64,000 nt of DNA from Macrostomum lignano (Eukaryota), in assembly GCA_002269645.1 (NCBI GenBank), contig NIVC01000263.1, forward strand, positions 186,001-250,000, given 5' to 3'. The notes beneath the pieces are model-generated. The model made no database searches. It was not told where the DNA came from and worked only from the letters and a program-made list of their open reading frames with translations. The position numbers and the translations under genes are program-made. Shown here piece after piece: positions 15,351 to 28,399 of this stretch (position 1 is the first letter of the stretch; every line of letters begins with the position of its first letter).

Positions 15351-17020
15351 AAGTCAGGCTTTTAATTGGGTGGTATATAGCAGGGTTCGTTTTTTAATTT
15401 TTGGTATTTTTATTTTATTTTTGCGCGAGTAAATTAGTCAATTTCTGATGATAGTTAAAAATCCGTTTATCTACATCTATATCGTTATCACGCGTCTGGC
15501 CCCATTGACATCTTCAATTTATAAACTACGTGTACATGTAAAAATCCATATGTAAATATATATTTATGGATATATGTATATATTCAGTTGAGACGCTCCT
15601 GCATGGGATTTAATAATTCATTATATGTATATGTACCGTTTAGCATAATTTTTTGGCTACTACATAATGTACATGTAAAGCGATTCAATTTTTTAATTCA
15701 GTCAAAAATGTGGCGAGGCTTGTTGCTTGCATTTCCCTGTGCAAAAATGCTAGTACATGCACATCGATTTTTAATGGTGGACAATATACAGTTCCATGGT
15801 ATCATAGTCGAAGGCAATTAAAACGAGGTGAAATTAATGTGCTTACTATGGTTTTCTCGATCGAAGGAAGAAAAATCCTACCCTAGATATTTTCCTGGCC
15901 GGAAAAATTCATGTATACACACTGTTATACTTTATTCTTCATTAGAGAATTAATTATATTACATGCATTTCGGAAATAATCATATACATGTACTTAAATT
16001 AAGTATAAGTTAAGTTAAGTTAAGTACTTAAATCAACGCAAAACATACACGCGAGTACACAACACGTACATGTCCTTCACGTCATGTCCTTTTCTACATG
16101 TAAATCGAGATTTACATGTATAAAGTTATATGTAATTTACTGATTCTGTTGCAATTCACTTCTACAGCTGCCAAGATCCAAAATGCCCGTCAATATGTCA
16201 CTGCACCATTCCATCGATCATATTTAAGAAGTCTTTGTAAGGTCAAATTCAATCCAAAATTGTACGTCGTCAGTAATTTTTTAATAATAGCGATGTCTCA
16301 GACTCAGATATACGTAAAACCAACCGTTAGGCCATAAACTTTAAGAATCGTGCTGCCCACTGCAAGGTGGGTGACGCGGTACGGGTGTACGTGTCACTGT
16401 TAATTTAATTCGCTCGCCATCTCGTTATTTCGTGCTCCTGGCCTGGCTACAGGCCAATACAGGTCTATACTTACGAGCTAATAATACATAAATACATGTT
16501 ACGTGTCTTATTTCGAAACTGACGAATTGTATTCCACAATGTGTGTTCATTGAATTTTTGAGATAGTGGTTACAACAAAAATGAATACACTATTTATAAG
16601 AACTAAAAATTAAAGCTATCAGAAAGCAATACTAAGGTATTTTTAAATTAAAAATGCTAATGTGGTTTTCTTGGGTGGTGTCTTTGGCTAAGTTTAATTG
16701 TTAACTCTATTTTAAATTGAAATTCATTTGTATGTTACAAGCGTTGCGTTCAGCTTTCAGCGTATATTTGCGATGTTCGGTTCATAGTCATCAGTCATGT
16801 CATGCGAGCTCATGAACGATCATGACGATTCTGGTGCACTCTGCATGCTGGGAGCTGGAGCATTTATTGCTGGATTCATGCCCATGAAAGCAGCGTTTAA
16901 TTCTGCTACTTTGTGACTAATGATTTCAAACTTGACAAAAAACAAAGAATTTCGATTTTTTTGTGGCAATGGCTAGAGTTCCGGCATCGAACCCGTTTTC
17001 TAACGGCTATAATATGTATC

Positions 17021-17215
17021 CAGTAGCGCAACCAGAAATTTTTTGAGGGGGGGGGCGGATTCTGGAGGGTGAAGACTCGGGAGTGGGCGGAGGGGTGGCT
17101 CTGTTTTTTGCAAAAATTCGCTTGGCCCCCCCTCTGATTTTTTTATAGTTACCGCCTAAGTAAGGGGTGGGGCGACCGCCCCCCTCGCCCCTCCCCCCCC
17201 CTGGTTGCGCCACTG
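17021..17215. mobile_element. hAT-type MITE, 195 bp
   Basis: TIR CAGTAGCGCAACCAG / CTGGTTGCGCCACTG. Exact 8-bp TSD TATGTATC at 17013-17020 and 17216-17223. Confidence 0.85.
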
Positions 17216-18350
17216 TATGTATCCGGCATATTGCCGCATATTACACTACTTACCTGCTATAACTTTGCTTGTGTCACTGAGTTTTACTATGAAGAAGATT
17301 AAATGAAAAAATCTAAATTTTAAGCTTTTTTTAATCTTGCTAGAGTCCCTAATTATTATTAGAGGTTTTTAAAGATATGGTAATAATTCCTTGAGCATTC
17401 TATTAAAAAACAAAGGACATGCCTTGAAGATGAATCTAATTAGCCTTAGGCTATGGCTTAACAAAAAAATAGTAGAATACTTTAAAATATATAAATTATT
17501 GTCAAATGCTTTAAATTAGACTATCTAGTACATTATTGTGCATCATAGCTAAATAAAAGAGTGTTTACAACATAAAATCTAGAAAAGTGTAGAAAAATAT
17601 TAATATTATTTATTATGAGATCAATATTTGACTTGTAGCTTTTATATAATTTACAACTTTTTTCAATGTCATTCAAAATTGTCAATTAATTAGAATCAAA
17701 CAAACTTTCTGGGAATTTATTTTTGAATTGTCATTTTATTTATTGAAATTTGTTGAAATTGGTATATATATTAATTATGGTTTTAGAATAACCATACAAT
17801 CCCAGGCTGATTACAAATCTTTTGGCAAAAATGCAATCAAAATTGGTCAAGAATTGCAATCTGTAGAGCATTATGGATATACAAACCTTAGAGATTTAGT
17901 ATATTTAGATTAGAAGAAGATAGAAGATAAAAGATATATAAGAGCCTATTATAAGGTCTATTATCAAAATATGCTCAAAAGTAGAGGAGGCCAGATAGAA
18001 TCCTGATCTCAATCCCAATTTTTTGGGATCCCAAAGAATATTTAATTCCTATAAGCTCTAGATCCTAAACCTTAAAATGGGAATATAGGTCTTTTGATTT
18101 TAAATTTGTAGAAATAATGATTATTTAAATACATATTATTTAAACCTATCCTTGTTGTCCCTATTGGAAAAAGTTACATTTTTATAGATAGTTGCCTGGC
18201 ATATTTTAAAAAGTGTTGGTACACTAGAAAGGCTAAGGAACAGCATACTAGAAGGGCTAAGGGGTGGTATACCAGTGGGGTGACACCAAAGAAGTACCAC
18301 ACACTGGAAAGGTGGCACTCAGAAGTAATGGTGTGTTGAAGGGTAGCAAA

Positions 18351-18490
18351 CTTGTGTTGTCTCTCTGGCTGCATCAAATTGCTAAAGGCTTTCATTATCT
18401 GCATAGCATTGAGAAGCCCATAATTTGTCATGGCAGTTTAGTTTGAGAAAAAACATTTTAATAACAGCTGGTCTGCAGGCCAAGGTGAGG
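18351..18490 (+). pseudogene. Degenerate protein-kinase exon remnant (subdomains VIa-VIb-VII)
   Basis: LWLHQIAKGFHYLHSIEKPIICHGSLV*E, then after a frameshift NILITAGLQAK|gtgagg. This resembles the kinase IAxGxxYLH..PIIHxDL..NIL...AK pattern with an intron donor. In-frame stop at 18444-18446. Confidence 0.5.
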
Positions 18491-19115
18491 GGGTGTGCAA
18501 AGTTCTAAATTTTTGGGAGTTTCTGCTAAGTGAAAAATAGTAAACTGCTTGTTAGCTGAATTAATAAAGCTTACAAGATCATGCAGTAGACAGCTTAGGC
18601 AAGTTGGTCATAGTTAATCCCATCAGTTATTTAATATAACTAGACAAACAGTGCAGGATTAAACTACTTATTAGTTTACAAGGCAACACAGTAGAATTTA
18701 CTCCTGCTGTTTACCCATTTGCCCCTGGAGGATTGGCAATGCTAGGTGCGCAAATGTGTCACACTTGGCATGTGTCCGCAGACTTTGAGAATTTATTCCA
18801 ATAGCCATCATTATTTGTTACTTTGCTGGTTACAAAACTTTGCATATATTCTGTCATGTTTTACCTTTTGATCTTGACATTGTTCAATTTTGTTCAACTC
18901 TGTATTGGTCTACAAACTACAGTACACTAAAAGAACTAATCCCAATTCCCGAGTCCTGATGCCAATCCCAATTCTGAGAAAAAAATCATTCCCGACACTA
19001 ATCCTTCAAATATTTTTATGTCTGCATATTCTATCTGCAAACTGCAAGTTGCTACTAATAGAGAATGAATTTTAGCAAATAAAAGGCAATAAATTGATCT
19101 GGTACAATTTTCCAG

Positions 19116-22100
19116 GAAATTGACGAACCCAACGCTTACCCCAAAGCCTCAATTGACGAGGCAAAGCCGTCAGCTGATGGCCTTGACAACGGGGAAGCCC
19201 AACAGGCGTCAGTTGGCGGCTTCACTCTCGTTCCCGATCGAACACGAAAGCGGCGCCGCGCGCCCCTCGGCGTCGGCTCAGCCGGCAGCGCCTACCGGCC
19301 CGAATGGATGCGCCGGCCGGTTGCTATTGACAACAGCTTAGACGCTTCCGTACCAATTGATTCCATTGACTGCCTGAGCGAGCCAATTCGTTCAGCGCTC
19401 AGATCCACCGGTGTGGAGACCCTGTTCCCTGTGCAGGCCACCTCCGTGCCCCTGGTGCTGGCGTCCCATCGGTACAGCTGGACTCGGCCGAGGGACTTCG
19501 CCGTGTGCGCGGCTACGGGCAGCGGCAAGACTCTGGCCTACCTGCTGCCGGCTCTGCAACTGCTGGCTGCCTGCAAAACTGTGGCTCTGAGGTGCATCAT
19601 TGTGCTGCCCGTGCGGGACCTGGCTATGCAGGTTTGTTTGCCGGCTTTTATTTATAGAAATCTTTTTGATGCCACTGGGGCTTGTCACTAATATAGGAAC
19701 TGCTTCTCCCATATTTGATACCTTTACCGAGCTCCTACTCCTCTGGTGAGATCGCGAGAATGATTACAAACTGTAAGCCATGTAAAAACAATCTAGCTAA
19801 CGGTTCCCCGCTAAAATCACAGTTTGTTGGCCCTTCTATCTAGCCAAAACCGCAATCGGAAGCTCCTAGCTACAATACCAATATCCTGGATCTTATAGCT
19901 TAATTAGAAATCTCATAATCCTTTAGCTAAATCCCAAAATTCCGATCCCCTAGCTATATCCCAATCTCCTGATCCCCCAGCTAAAATCCTAATGTTCTCA
20001 TCTCCCAGCTAAAATCCTAATGTTCTGATCCCCCAGCTAGAATCCCAATCTGCTGATACCCAGCTAAAATCCCAGTCTCCTGATCCACCAGCTAACATCC
20101 CAATCTCCGGATCCCCCAGCTAACATCCCAATCTGATCCCCCAGCTGAAATCCCAATCTCCTGATCCCCCAGCTAAAATCCCAATCTGCTGATCCCCCTG
20201 CTAGAATCCCAATCTCCTGATCCCGAGCTAACATCCCAATCTGCTGATCCCCCTGCTAGAATCCCAATCTCCTGATCCCCCAGCTAACATCCCAATCTCC
20301 TGATCCCCCAGCTAAAATCCCAATCTGCTGATCCCCAGCTAACATCCCAATCTGCTGATCCCCCTGCTAGAATCCCAATCTCCTGATCCCCAGCTAACAT
20401 CCCAATCTGCTGATCCCCCTGCTAGAATCCCAATCTGCTGATCCCCAGCTAACATCCCAATCTGCTGATCCCCCTGCTAGAATCCCAATCTGCTGATCCC
20501 CAGCTAGCATTCCAATCTCCTGATCCCCCAGCTAAAATCCCAATCTGCTGATCCCCCTGCTAGAATCCCAATCTCCTGATCCCCAGCTAACATCCCAATC
20601 TGCTGATCCCCCTGCTAGAATCCCAATCTCCTGATCCCCCAGCTAAAATCCCAATCTGTTGATCCCCCTGCTAGAATCCCAATCTGCTGATCCCCAGCTA
20701 ACATCCCAATCTGCTGATCCCCCTGCTAGAATCCCAATCTGCTGATCCCCAGCTAGCATTCCAATCTCCTGATACCCAGCTAACATTCCAATCTTCTGAT
20801 CCCCAGCTAACATTCCAATCTCCTGATCCCCAGCTAACATTCCAATCTCCTGATCCCCAGCTAACATCCCAATCTGCTGATCCCCCAGCTAGAGTCTCAA
20901 TCTCGTGATCTCCCAGCTAAAATCCCAATCATTCAATTTCCTAACCCTGACTGTCAGGTGCACCAGGTATGCCTCCGGCTGCTGGCCGCTCTGTCCGAGG
21001 GAGCAGCCGACTCGGACGGTTGTCGCCGCCAGATTCGCTGCCAGCTGCTGGTTGGCGAGCGCAGCCTGGAGAAGGAGCGGCACCAGCTGGTCCGCCTCAT
21101 GCCGGATGGCAGCTACCGCCCTCTGGCCGACCTGGTCATTTGCACGCCCGGCCGTCTGGCCGATCACCTGCTCAACTGTCCGGGATTGAGTCTGGCTAGG
21201 CTGCGCATGCTTATCATTGATGAGGCAGATCGGGTCATGGCCGAACAGAAGCAGGATTGGTTCGGACTGCTGGAACGGCTGCTGGACAGGTGAGGCCTGG
21301 GGTTTGGAGATGTTAATTAGCTTTGTGATGATCTGGGACTGGCGTGCTGTTTGAGTTTGGGTGTGGGTTTCTATTTCTCTGTGTTAGAATCTGGGTAGGG
21401 ATGGATTTACACTCGCAGACTGGGAATCCATGATGGGGATTTGGGATGGATATTGTACTTTGGTGCTTGGGATCATGGATAGAGAAGTGAATCGTGATGT
21501 ATTTGGGGCTAAGAATTTCTGGGATCTGGGCCTAGGAATCCCTGGGATCTGATACTAAGAATTCCTGGGATCTAGGCCTAGGAATCCCTGGGATCTGATA
21601 CTAAGAATTCCTGGGATCTGGGATTAGGATTCCCTGGGATCTGGGACTAGGAATCCATGGGATCTGGGACTATAAATTCCCGGTATATGGGACTAGGAAT
21701 TCCTGGGATATGGGACTAGGTCACTAGGAATCCATGAGATTTGGGACTAGGAATCCATGGGATCTGGGACTATAAATTCCCAGTATATGGGACTAGGTCA
21801 CTAGGGATCCATGAGATTTGGGACTAGGAATTCATGGGAGCTGTGACTAGGAATTGTCGGGATCTGGGACTAGGAATTGCCAGGAACTGGGACTAGGCAA
21901 ATGAATCTGGAATGGGGATTTTAAAATTGGTTTTCTTTTTACTAAAAATGCTGGCTGAATACAGACATTTTGACACGCGGGCAAAAAATAGATCATGGGA
22001 TAAATCATGTCAGCTTACAAATCCTCCTTATCTGAGCAGGCCGATGCCGCACCCCAGCATCCACTCGTGGCTGCACTCGAAGCCGCCGCACCTTCAGAAG

Positions 22101-24888
22101 CTGCTGCTGAGCGCCACCCTCACCCACAACCCGGAGCTGCTCCAGCGATTCCGGCTGCACAATCCGCTGCTGCTGACTGCCACGGCGGAGTCCGACAAGG
22201 AGCTGGAGGTGTCCGCCGCGCCCGGCCGTCTGAGCGAGTTCTTCGTGCAGCTCAAGCCGTCTCAGAAGCCGCTGTTTGTCATCCACCTGGTGCTGGGCCT
22301 CGGCCGCAGCCGGGTGCTTTGCTTCACGAACTCGCGCGAGTCGGCGCACCGTCTGGCCTCGCTAATTACACATTTTGCCGATCCGCGAGTCACCTGCGAG
22401 GCCGTGTCTGCCAGGCTGCCTGTGAGTACTGCTAGCAGTGCTGCTGATGTTCCTGGATTTTCCTGCTTCCGCGCTTTTACGGGCTTGAGGCATTTTGAGT
22501 TTTTGGGACTTCGATCGGTTTTTTTTGGATTTCAGTCGATTTTTTGGATTTCGATGAAGTTTTTGGGATTTCGATCGAGCTTTTGGGATTTCGATCGAGT
22601 TTGGGATTTCAATTGATTTTTGGGATTTCGGTCGAGTTTTTAGGATTTCAATCGATTTTTTGGGATTTCGATCGAGTTTTGCGGATTTCAATCGAGTTTC
22701 AGGATTTCAATCGAGTTTTGAGGATTTCAATCGCGTTTCAGGATTTCAATCGAGTTTTGAGGATTTCAATCGAGTTTTTGGGATCTCAAACAAGTTTTGG
22801 GATTTCAATCGAGTTTTTGGGATTTCAAACGAGTTTCGGGATTTCGATCGAGTTTCAGGATTTCAAACGAGTTTTGGGATTTCAATCGAGTTTTTGGGAT
22901 TTCAAACGAGTTTCGGGATTTCGATCGAGTTTTGCGGATTTCAATCGAGTTTCAGGATTTCAATCGAGTTTTGAGGATTTCAATCGAGTTTTGGGGATTT
23001 CAATCGTGTTTTTAGGATTTTAATTGAGTTTTTGGGATCTCAAACGAGTTTTGGGATTTCAATCGAGTTTTTGGGATTTCAAACGAGTTTCGGGATTTCG
23101 ATCGAGTTTTGCGGATTTCAATCGAGTTTCAGGATTTCAATCGAGTTTTGAGGATTTCAATCGAGTTTTGAGGATTTCAGTCGTGTTTTTAGGATTTTAA
23201 TTGAGTTTTTGGGATCTCAAACGAGTTTTGGGATTTCAATCGAGTTTTTGGGATTTCAAACGAGTTTCGGGATTTCGATCGAGTTTCAGGATTTCAAACG
23301 AGTTTTGGGATTTCAATCGAGTTTTTGGGATTTCAAACGAGTTTCGGGATTTCGATCGAGTTTCAGGATTTCAAACGAGTTTTGGGATTTCAATCGAGTT
23401 TTTGGGATTTCAAACGAGTTTCGGGATTTCGATCGAGTTTCAGGATTTCAAACGAGTTTTGGGATTTCAATCGAGTTTTTGGGATTTCAAACGAGTTTCG
23501 GGATTTCGATCGAGTTTTGCGGATTTCAATCGAGTTTTGGGGATTTCAAACGAGTTTCGGGATTTCGATCGAGTTTCAGGATTTCAAACGAGTTTTGGGA
23601 TTTCAATCGAGTTTTTGGGATTTCAAACGAGTTTCGGGATTTCGATCGAGTTTTGCGGATTTCAATCGAGTTTCAGGATTTCAATCGAGTTTTGAGGATT
23701 TCAATCGAGTTTTGGGGATTTCAATCGTGTTTTTAGGATTTTAATTGAGTTTTTGGGATCTCAAACGAGTTTTGGGATTTCAATCGAGTTTTTGGGATTT
23801 CAAACGAGTTTCGGGATTTCGATCGAGTTTTGCGGATTTCAATCGAGTTTTGCGGATTTCAATCGAGTTTTGAGGATTTCAATCGAGTTTTGAGGATTTC
23901 AGTCGTGTTTTTATGATTTTAATTGAGTTTTTGGGATCTCAAACGAGTTTTGGGATTTCAATCGAGTTTTTGGGATTTCAAACGAGTTTCGGGATTTCAA
24001 TCGAGTTTTGAGGATTTCAAAACTAAAACTCGAAACTCGATTGAAATCCTCAAAACTTGATTGAAATCCTGAAACTCGATTGAAATCCCCAAAACTTGAT
24101 TGAAATCCTGAAACTCGATTGAAATCCCCAAAACTCGATCGAAATCCCAAAAATCGATTGAATTTCCAAAAACTCGACCGAAATCCCAAAAATCAATCGA
24201 AATCCCTTCGAAAGCTTCGAATCCCTTCGAAACTCCCTTTGATAGAGTTTTTAAATTTGAGTCAAGTTTTGGGGATTCAGATCAAGTTTTTGGATTTTGA
24301 GTTTAATGATTTCGGGTTTTGGGAATCTCATGTTGACAAGAATTTGTCATGTTTCGCTTAAGTGGGATTTTTTATAGTTTTTACCCATCTCCCTCCCCCA
24401 ATCCGCAGGTGCCCAAGCGAGCCCGCATCCTGCGCCGTTTCTCCACCGGCCAACTGTCCGTACTGGTCTGCTCGGACAGCATGGCCCGCGGCATGGACCT
24501 GCCCAGCGTAGATGCCGTCGTCTGCTACGACCGGCCGGCCTCGCTCCGAACCTACGTGCACCGCGCCGGCCGCACTGCGCGAGCCGGCCGAGCCGGAGCC
24601 GCGTACACCCTGCTGGAGCGGCGCGAGGTTCTGCACTTCCGACGGATGCTGAGCGCTGGCGGGCGTCAAGTACGAGAGGTTCGGCTGCACGGCAGCAAGA
24701 CTAAGCGGTACGAGGCCAGGTACCAGACTGCCCTGAACCGGCTGCACGAGGAGCAGAAGGCGGGCGAGGCGGCGGGCGAGGCTGCGAGCGAAGATCAGTC
24801 GAAAGATCAGAATAAGAAAACTGGCAATAAAAGCAGCACGAAAAAGAGAAAGACAAAAAAAGACAAATCAAAAGAAGTTGACCATTGA
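19116..24888 (+). CDS. DDX51: DEAD-box RNA helicase DDX51/Dbp6; exons 19116-19631, 20958-21289, 22040-22421, 24409-24888 (no genomic ATG found)
   Basis: Q motif LFPVQ, motif I ATGSGKTLAY, Ia LPVRDLA, Ib CTPGRLADH, II IIDEADR, III LSATL, IV LCFTNS, V SDSMARGMD, VI YVHRAGRTARAG. N-terminal GGFTL..PEWM resembles DDX51/Dbp6. GT-AG junctions close in frame (1710 nt). The exon 3 acceptor is ambiguous (21965/21992/22040 are all phase-compatible). Confidence 0.9.
19960..20930. repeat. 27-28-bp minisatellite in DDX51 intron 1
   Basis: CCCCAGCTAACATCCCAATCTGCTGAT and variants. Confidence 0.95.
21510..21900. repeat. ~20-bp degenerate minisatellite in DDX51 intron 2
   Basis: CTGGGACTAGGAATCC(A/C)TGGGAT variants. 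Confidence 0.85.
22500..24240. repeat. ~20-bp minisatellite in DDX51 intron 3, with strand inversion at ~24020
   Basis: GGGATTTCAATCGAGTTTT up to ~24020, then the reverse complement AAACTCGATTGAAATCC. Confidence 0.95.
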
Positions 24889-25267
24889 TTTTAGTTTTTT
24901 GATCTTCCATTTGAAAGGAAACTGTTGGAATTATCTGGTCCCCCCCTGTGAGGCATTTCACTTTAACTAATTATATAACTGAAATTGTCAGCCTAGCCAA
25001 CAATTTTCATATGCATTTTTTGGCTGTACTGTGAGAAATGGCTCGACTTTTTTACTCTTACTCATTGATCGCAAAACCAATTAGAAATGCCAAAAACACC
25101 TAGACATCCCAAAACCAAATTCCCACACTTTCCAGAAATCCCAAAACCACCCAGAAATCCCAAAACTATTCAGGAATCCAGGAATCTCCAAATTATCCAA
25201 AACCGCCCACAAAGAATCCCAACAAACTAATATTTGGAAGCAGCTTAGCAACTCTGGATCCCAATTT

Positions 25268-27147
25268 ATGACCACTAATCCCCAAAGCGGCATGTCAGCA
25301 GACGAAGCAGCCGAGCCTATGGAAGAGGAGCTCAAGGAGGAACTCCCCAAATCCTCAACTGGGAAGTCGCTAAAGCCTGGAATTGTGTATCTGAGCAGCG
25401 TACCGCATGGTATGACGGTGAAACTGGTTCGGGAGCACCTCTCGCCATATGGAAACTTAGGGCGAGTTTTTTTGCAGGTTAGTTTTAAGAGCTGCCTTTT
25501 TTAGTGCTCTGCTCTGATTGGTTGAAATGCTACTCAAATCTGATTGGTTCGAATGGTACTGTAATCTAATTGCTTTACTGTGTTCTGATTGGATGGATTT
25601 TGCTTACTGTGTTCTGATTGGCTGGATTTTTCTTACTGTGTTCTAATTGGCTGGATTTTTCTTGCTGTGTTCTGATTGGCTGGATTTTGCTTGCTGTGTT
25701 CTGATTGGCTGGATTTTTCTTACTGTGTTCTAATTGGCTGGATTTTTCTTGCTGTGTTCTGATTAGCTGGATTTTGCTTGCTGTGTTCTGATTGGCTGGA
25801 TTTTTCTTACTGTGTTCTAATTGGCTGGATTTTTCTTGCTGTGTTCTGATTAGCTGGATTTTGCTTACTGTGTTATGATTGGCTGGATTTTGCTTGCTAT
25901 GTTCTGATTGGCTGGATTTTGCTTGCTATGTTCTGATTGGCTGGATTTTGCTTGCTATGTTCTGATTGGCTGGATTTTGCTTACTGTGTTCTGATTAGCT
26001 GGATTTTGCTTGCTGTGTTCTGATTAGCTGGATTTTGCTTACTGTGTTCTGATTGGCTGGATTTTGCTTGCTATGTTCTGATTGGCTGGATTTTTCTTAC
26101 TGTGTTCTAATTGGCTGGATTATTCTTGCTGTGTTCTGATTGGCTGGATTTTGCTTGCTGTGTTCTGATTGGCTGGATTTTGCTTGCTGTGTTCTGATTA
26201 GCTGGATTTTGCTTGCTGTGTTCTGATTGGCTGGATTTTGCTTGCTGTGTTCTGATTGGCTGGATTTTGCTTGCTGTGTTCTGATTGGCTGGATTTTGCT
26301 TGCTGTGTTCTGATTGGCTGGATTTTGCTTGCTGTGTTCTGATTGGCTGGATTTTGCTTGCTGTGTTCCGATTGGCTGGATTTTGCTTGCTGTGCTCTGA
26401 TTGGCTGGATTTTGCTTGCTGTGTTCTGATTGGCTGGATTTTGCTTGCTGTGTTCTGATTGGCTGGATTTTTCTTGCTGTGCTCTGATTGGCTGGATTTT
26501 GCTTGCTGTGTTCTGATTGGCTGGATTTTTCTTGCTGTGCTCTGATTGGCTGGATTTTGCTTGCTGTGTACTCATTGGGCTGGATTTTGTTAATTTTTTC
26601 TTATTGGCTGGATTGCTTTTTAAAATCAGCACTTCCTTCCCTGCATTTTTACCACGCAAAGGTCGACGAAGCATCGGCCCGCAAGCGCTGGCGGCTGTAC
26701 AGCGAAGGCTGGGCCGAATTCCTTCGCCGATCGGACGCAAAGCGTTGCGTCGCCTCCTTGAACGCCACCGAAGTAGCCGACAAGAAAAAGCCGTGGGCTG
26801 GCCAGCTGTGGAATCTGCGCTACCTGCCCGGTTTTGCCTGGACCGACATCACCTATAGAGAGGCCAACGAGAAAGCCGTTCGAAATAAGCGCCTGGCAAT
26901 GGAGATTCAGCAAGCTAGACGGATCGGCAAGCTCTACAAGGAATCCTTGGAGCAGTCGAAATCTCAGGACCGAGCTAAGCAAGCCAAGGGCGATCAGTTT
27001 CGACCTTTGCCGGAGTTGCAGCGGGTTGAACAGCGGCGTCGACGCGAACGGCGGAGCCGCAAGGGCGGCAACGATCGCGAGTTGCAGGCTGTTAATAATC
27101 CAACATTTTTGGAACAACTGCTAGGAGGCGGGCGAGGGAAATCTTGA
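25268..27147 (+). CDS. ABT1: Activator of basal transcription 1 / Esf2 pre-rRNA processing RRM protein; exons 25268(or 25292)-25477, 26662-27147
   Basis: KPGIVYLSSVP, YGNLGRVFLQ|, YSEGWAEF, KKKPWAGQLWNLRYLPGFAWTDIT and RLAMEIQQARR match ABT1/ESF2 family motifs. Phase-0 intron cag|gttagt ... gcaaag|gtc. Confidence 0.9.
25510..26600. repeat. 29-bp minisatellite in ABT1 intron
   Basis: CTGATTGGCTGGATTTTGCTTGCTGTGTT. Confidence 0.95.
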
Positions 27148-27164
27148 TATTTTGCTGGTCTTTG

Positions 27165-27462
27165 ATTGGCTGGAGCAGCTTAGCGTCAAGCGTTCTGTAA
27201 TTGGCTAGAAAAGTCAGACGTTCTCTAATTGGCTAGAAAAGCTAAGCGTCCTCTGATTGGCTACAAAAGCTAGGAGTTCTCTAATTGCCTAGAAAAGCTA
27301 GATATCCTCTCATTGGCTAGAAAAGCGAGGCATTCTCTAATTGGCTAGAAAAACTAGGAGTTCTCTGATTAGCTAGAAAAGCTAGATGTCCTCTCATTGG
27401 CTAGACAAGTTAGACGTTCTCTAATTGGCTAGAAAAGCGAGGCGTTCTCTAATTGGCTAGAA
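27165..27462. repeat. ~30-bp minisatellite 3' of ABT1
   Basis: TTCTCT(A/G)ATTGGCTAGAAAAGCTAG variants. Confidence 0.85.
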
Positions 27463-27827
27463 TAGGTAGGAATTTGTGACGGCTTATATTATATTACACT
27501 CATGCTGTTGCAACCCAGCTTGTTGGCCTCTCATTCACTCGTAAACGCAGCATTTTGCTAGTGAAAACTTGTACATTTAATAATGCGTATGAAATCTGCA
27601 CTGTCATAATTCATAATTGACTTGCGTATTTATTACGTAATGTTGACAGAAATATCCGGTTGCATTTTCCTTTGTCCGAGGCTCAGTCTGGTAACTAGAA
27701 ATATACTGACAAAGACTATTTTGCGTGCAACCCCAAAAATACAAACATTCTGTCTAGAAATAATTTCTTTGTCCTTGATTATGTTAGTTTGGCTTGACCA
27801 ATTTAAATATAGTGACTGTTAATGCTT

Positions 27828-28310
27828 CTTGTCACCCTCCTCTTTCTGTCACTTTGTTCGTCACTCCTTCCTGTCACTCTCCTCCTGTCACTCTCCTCTT
27901 CCTGTCACTCTGTCCGTCACTCTCTTCCTGTCACTCTGTCCGTCACTCTCCTCTTCCTGTAACTCTGTCCGTCACTTTCCTCTTCCTGTCACTCTGTCCG
28001 TCACTCTCCTCTTCCTGTCACTCTGTCCGTCACTCTCCTCTTCCTGTCACTCCCCTGTTTCTGTCAATCTGTCCGTCACTCTCTTCCTGTCACTCTGTCA
28101 CTCTGTTCGTCACTCTCCTCTTACTGTCACTCTGTTCGTCACTCTACTCTTACTGTCACTCTGTCCGGCACTCTCGTCCTCCTGTCACTCTGTCCGTCAC
28201 TCTCCTCTTCCTGTTACTCTCCTGTTACTGTCACTCTGTTCGTCACTCTCCTCTTACAGTCAATCTGTCCGTCACTCTCCTCTTCCTGTCACTGTCACTC
28301 TGTCTTCTCA
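27828..28310. repeat. Pyrimidine-rich TGTCACTC-based minisatellite upstream of GSS
   Basis: Recurring CTCTTCCTGTCACTCTGTCCGTCACT. Confidence 0.9.
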
Positions 28311-28399
28311 CTCTCCCAAGAATTCTATGGTCGCTACCCTACCCGCCTTGCCATCCCAGCCGTCTCCATAGCAACTAAAACTCATTCGCCCGCCCGCAG

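Noticed and set aside
27502-27540. Possible ATG micro-exon for GSS (MLLQPSLLASHSL|gtaaac), phase 0
   Set aside because: Not annotated because the donor is weak (C at -1, A at +5) and there is no homology support. It cannot be excluded and weakens the SL-AUG case for GSS.
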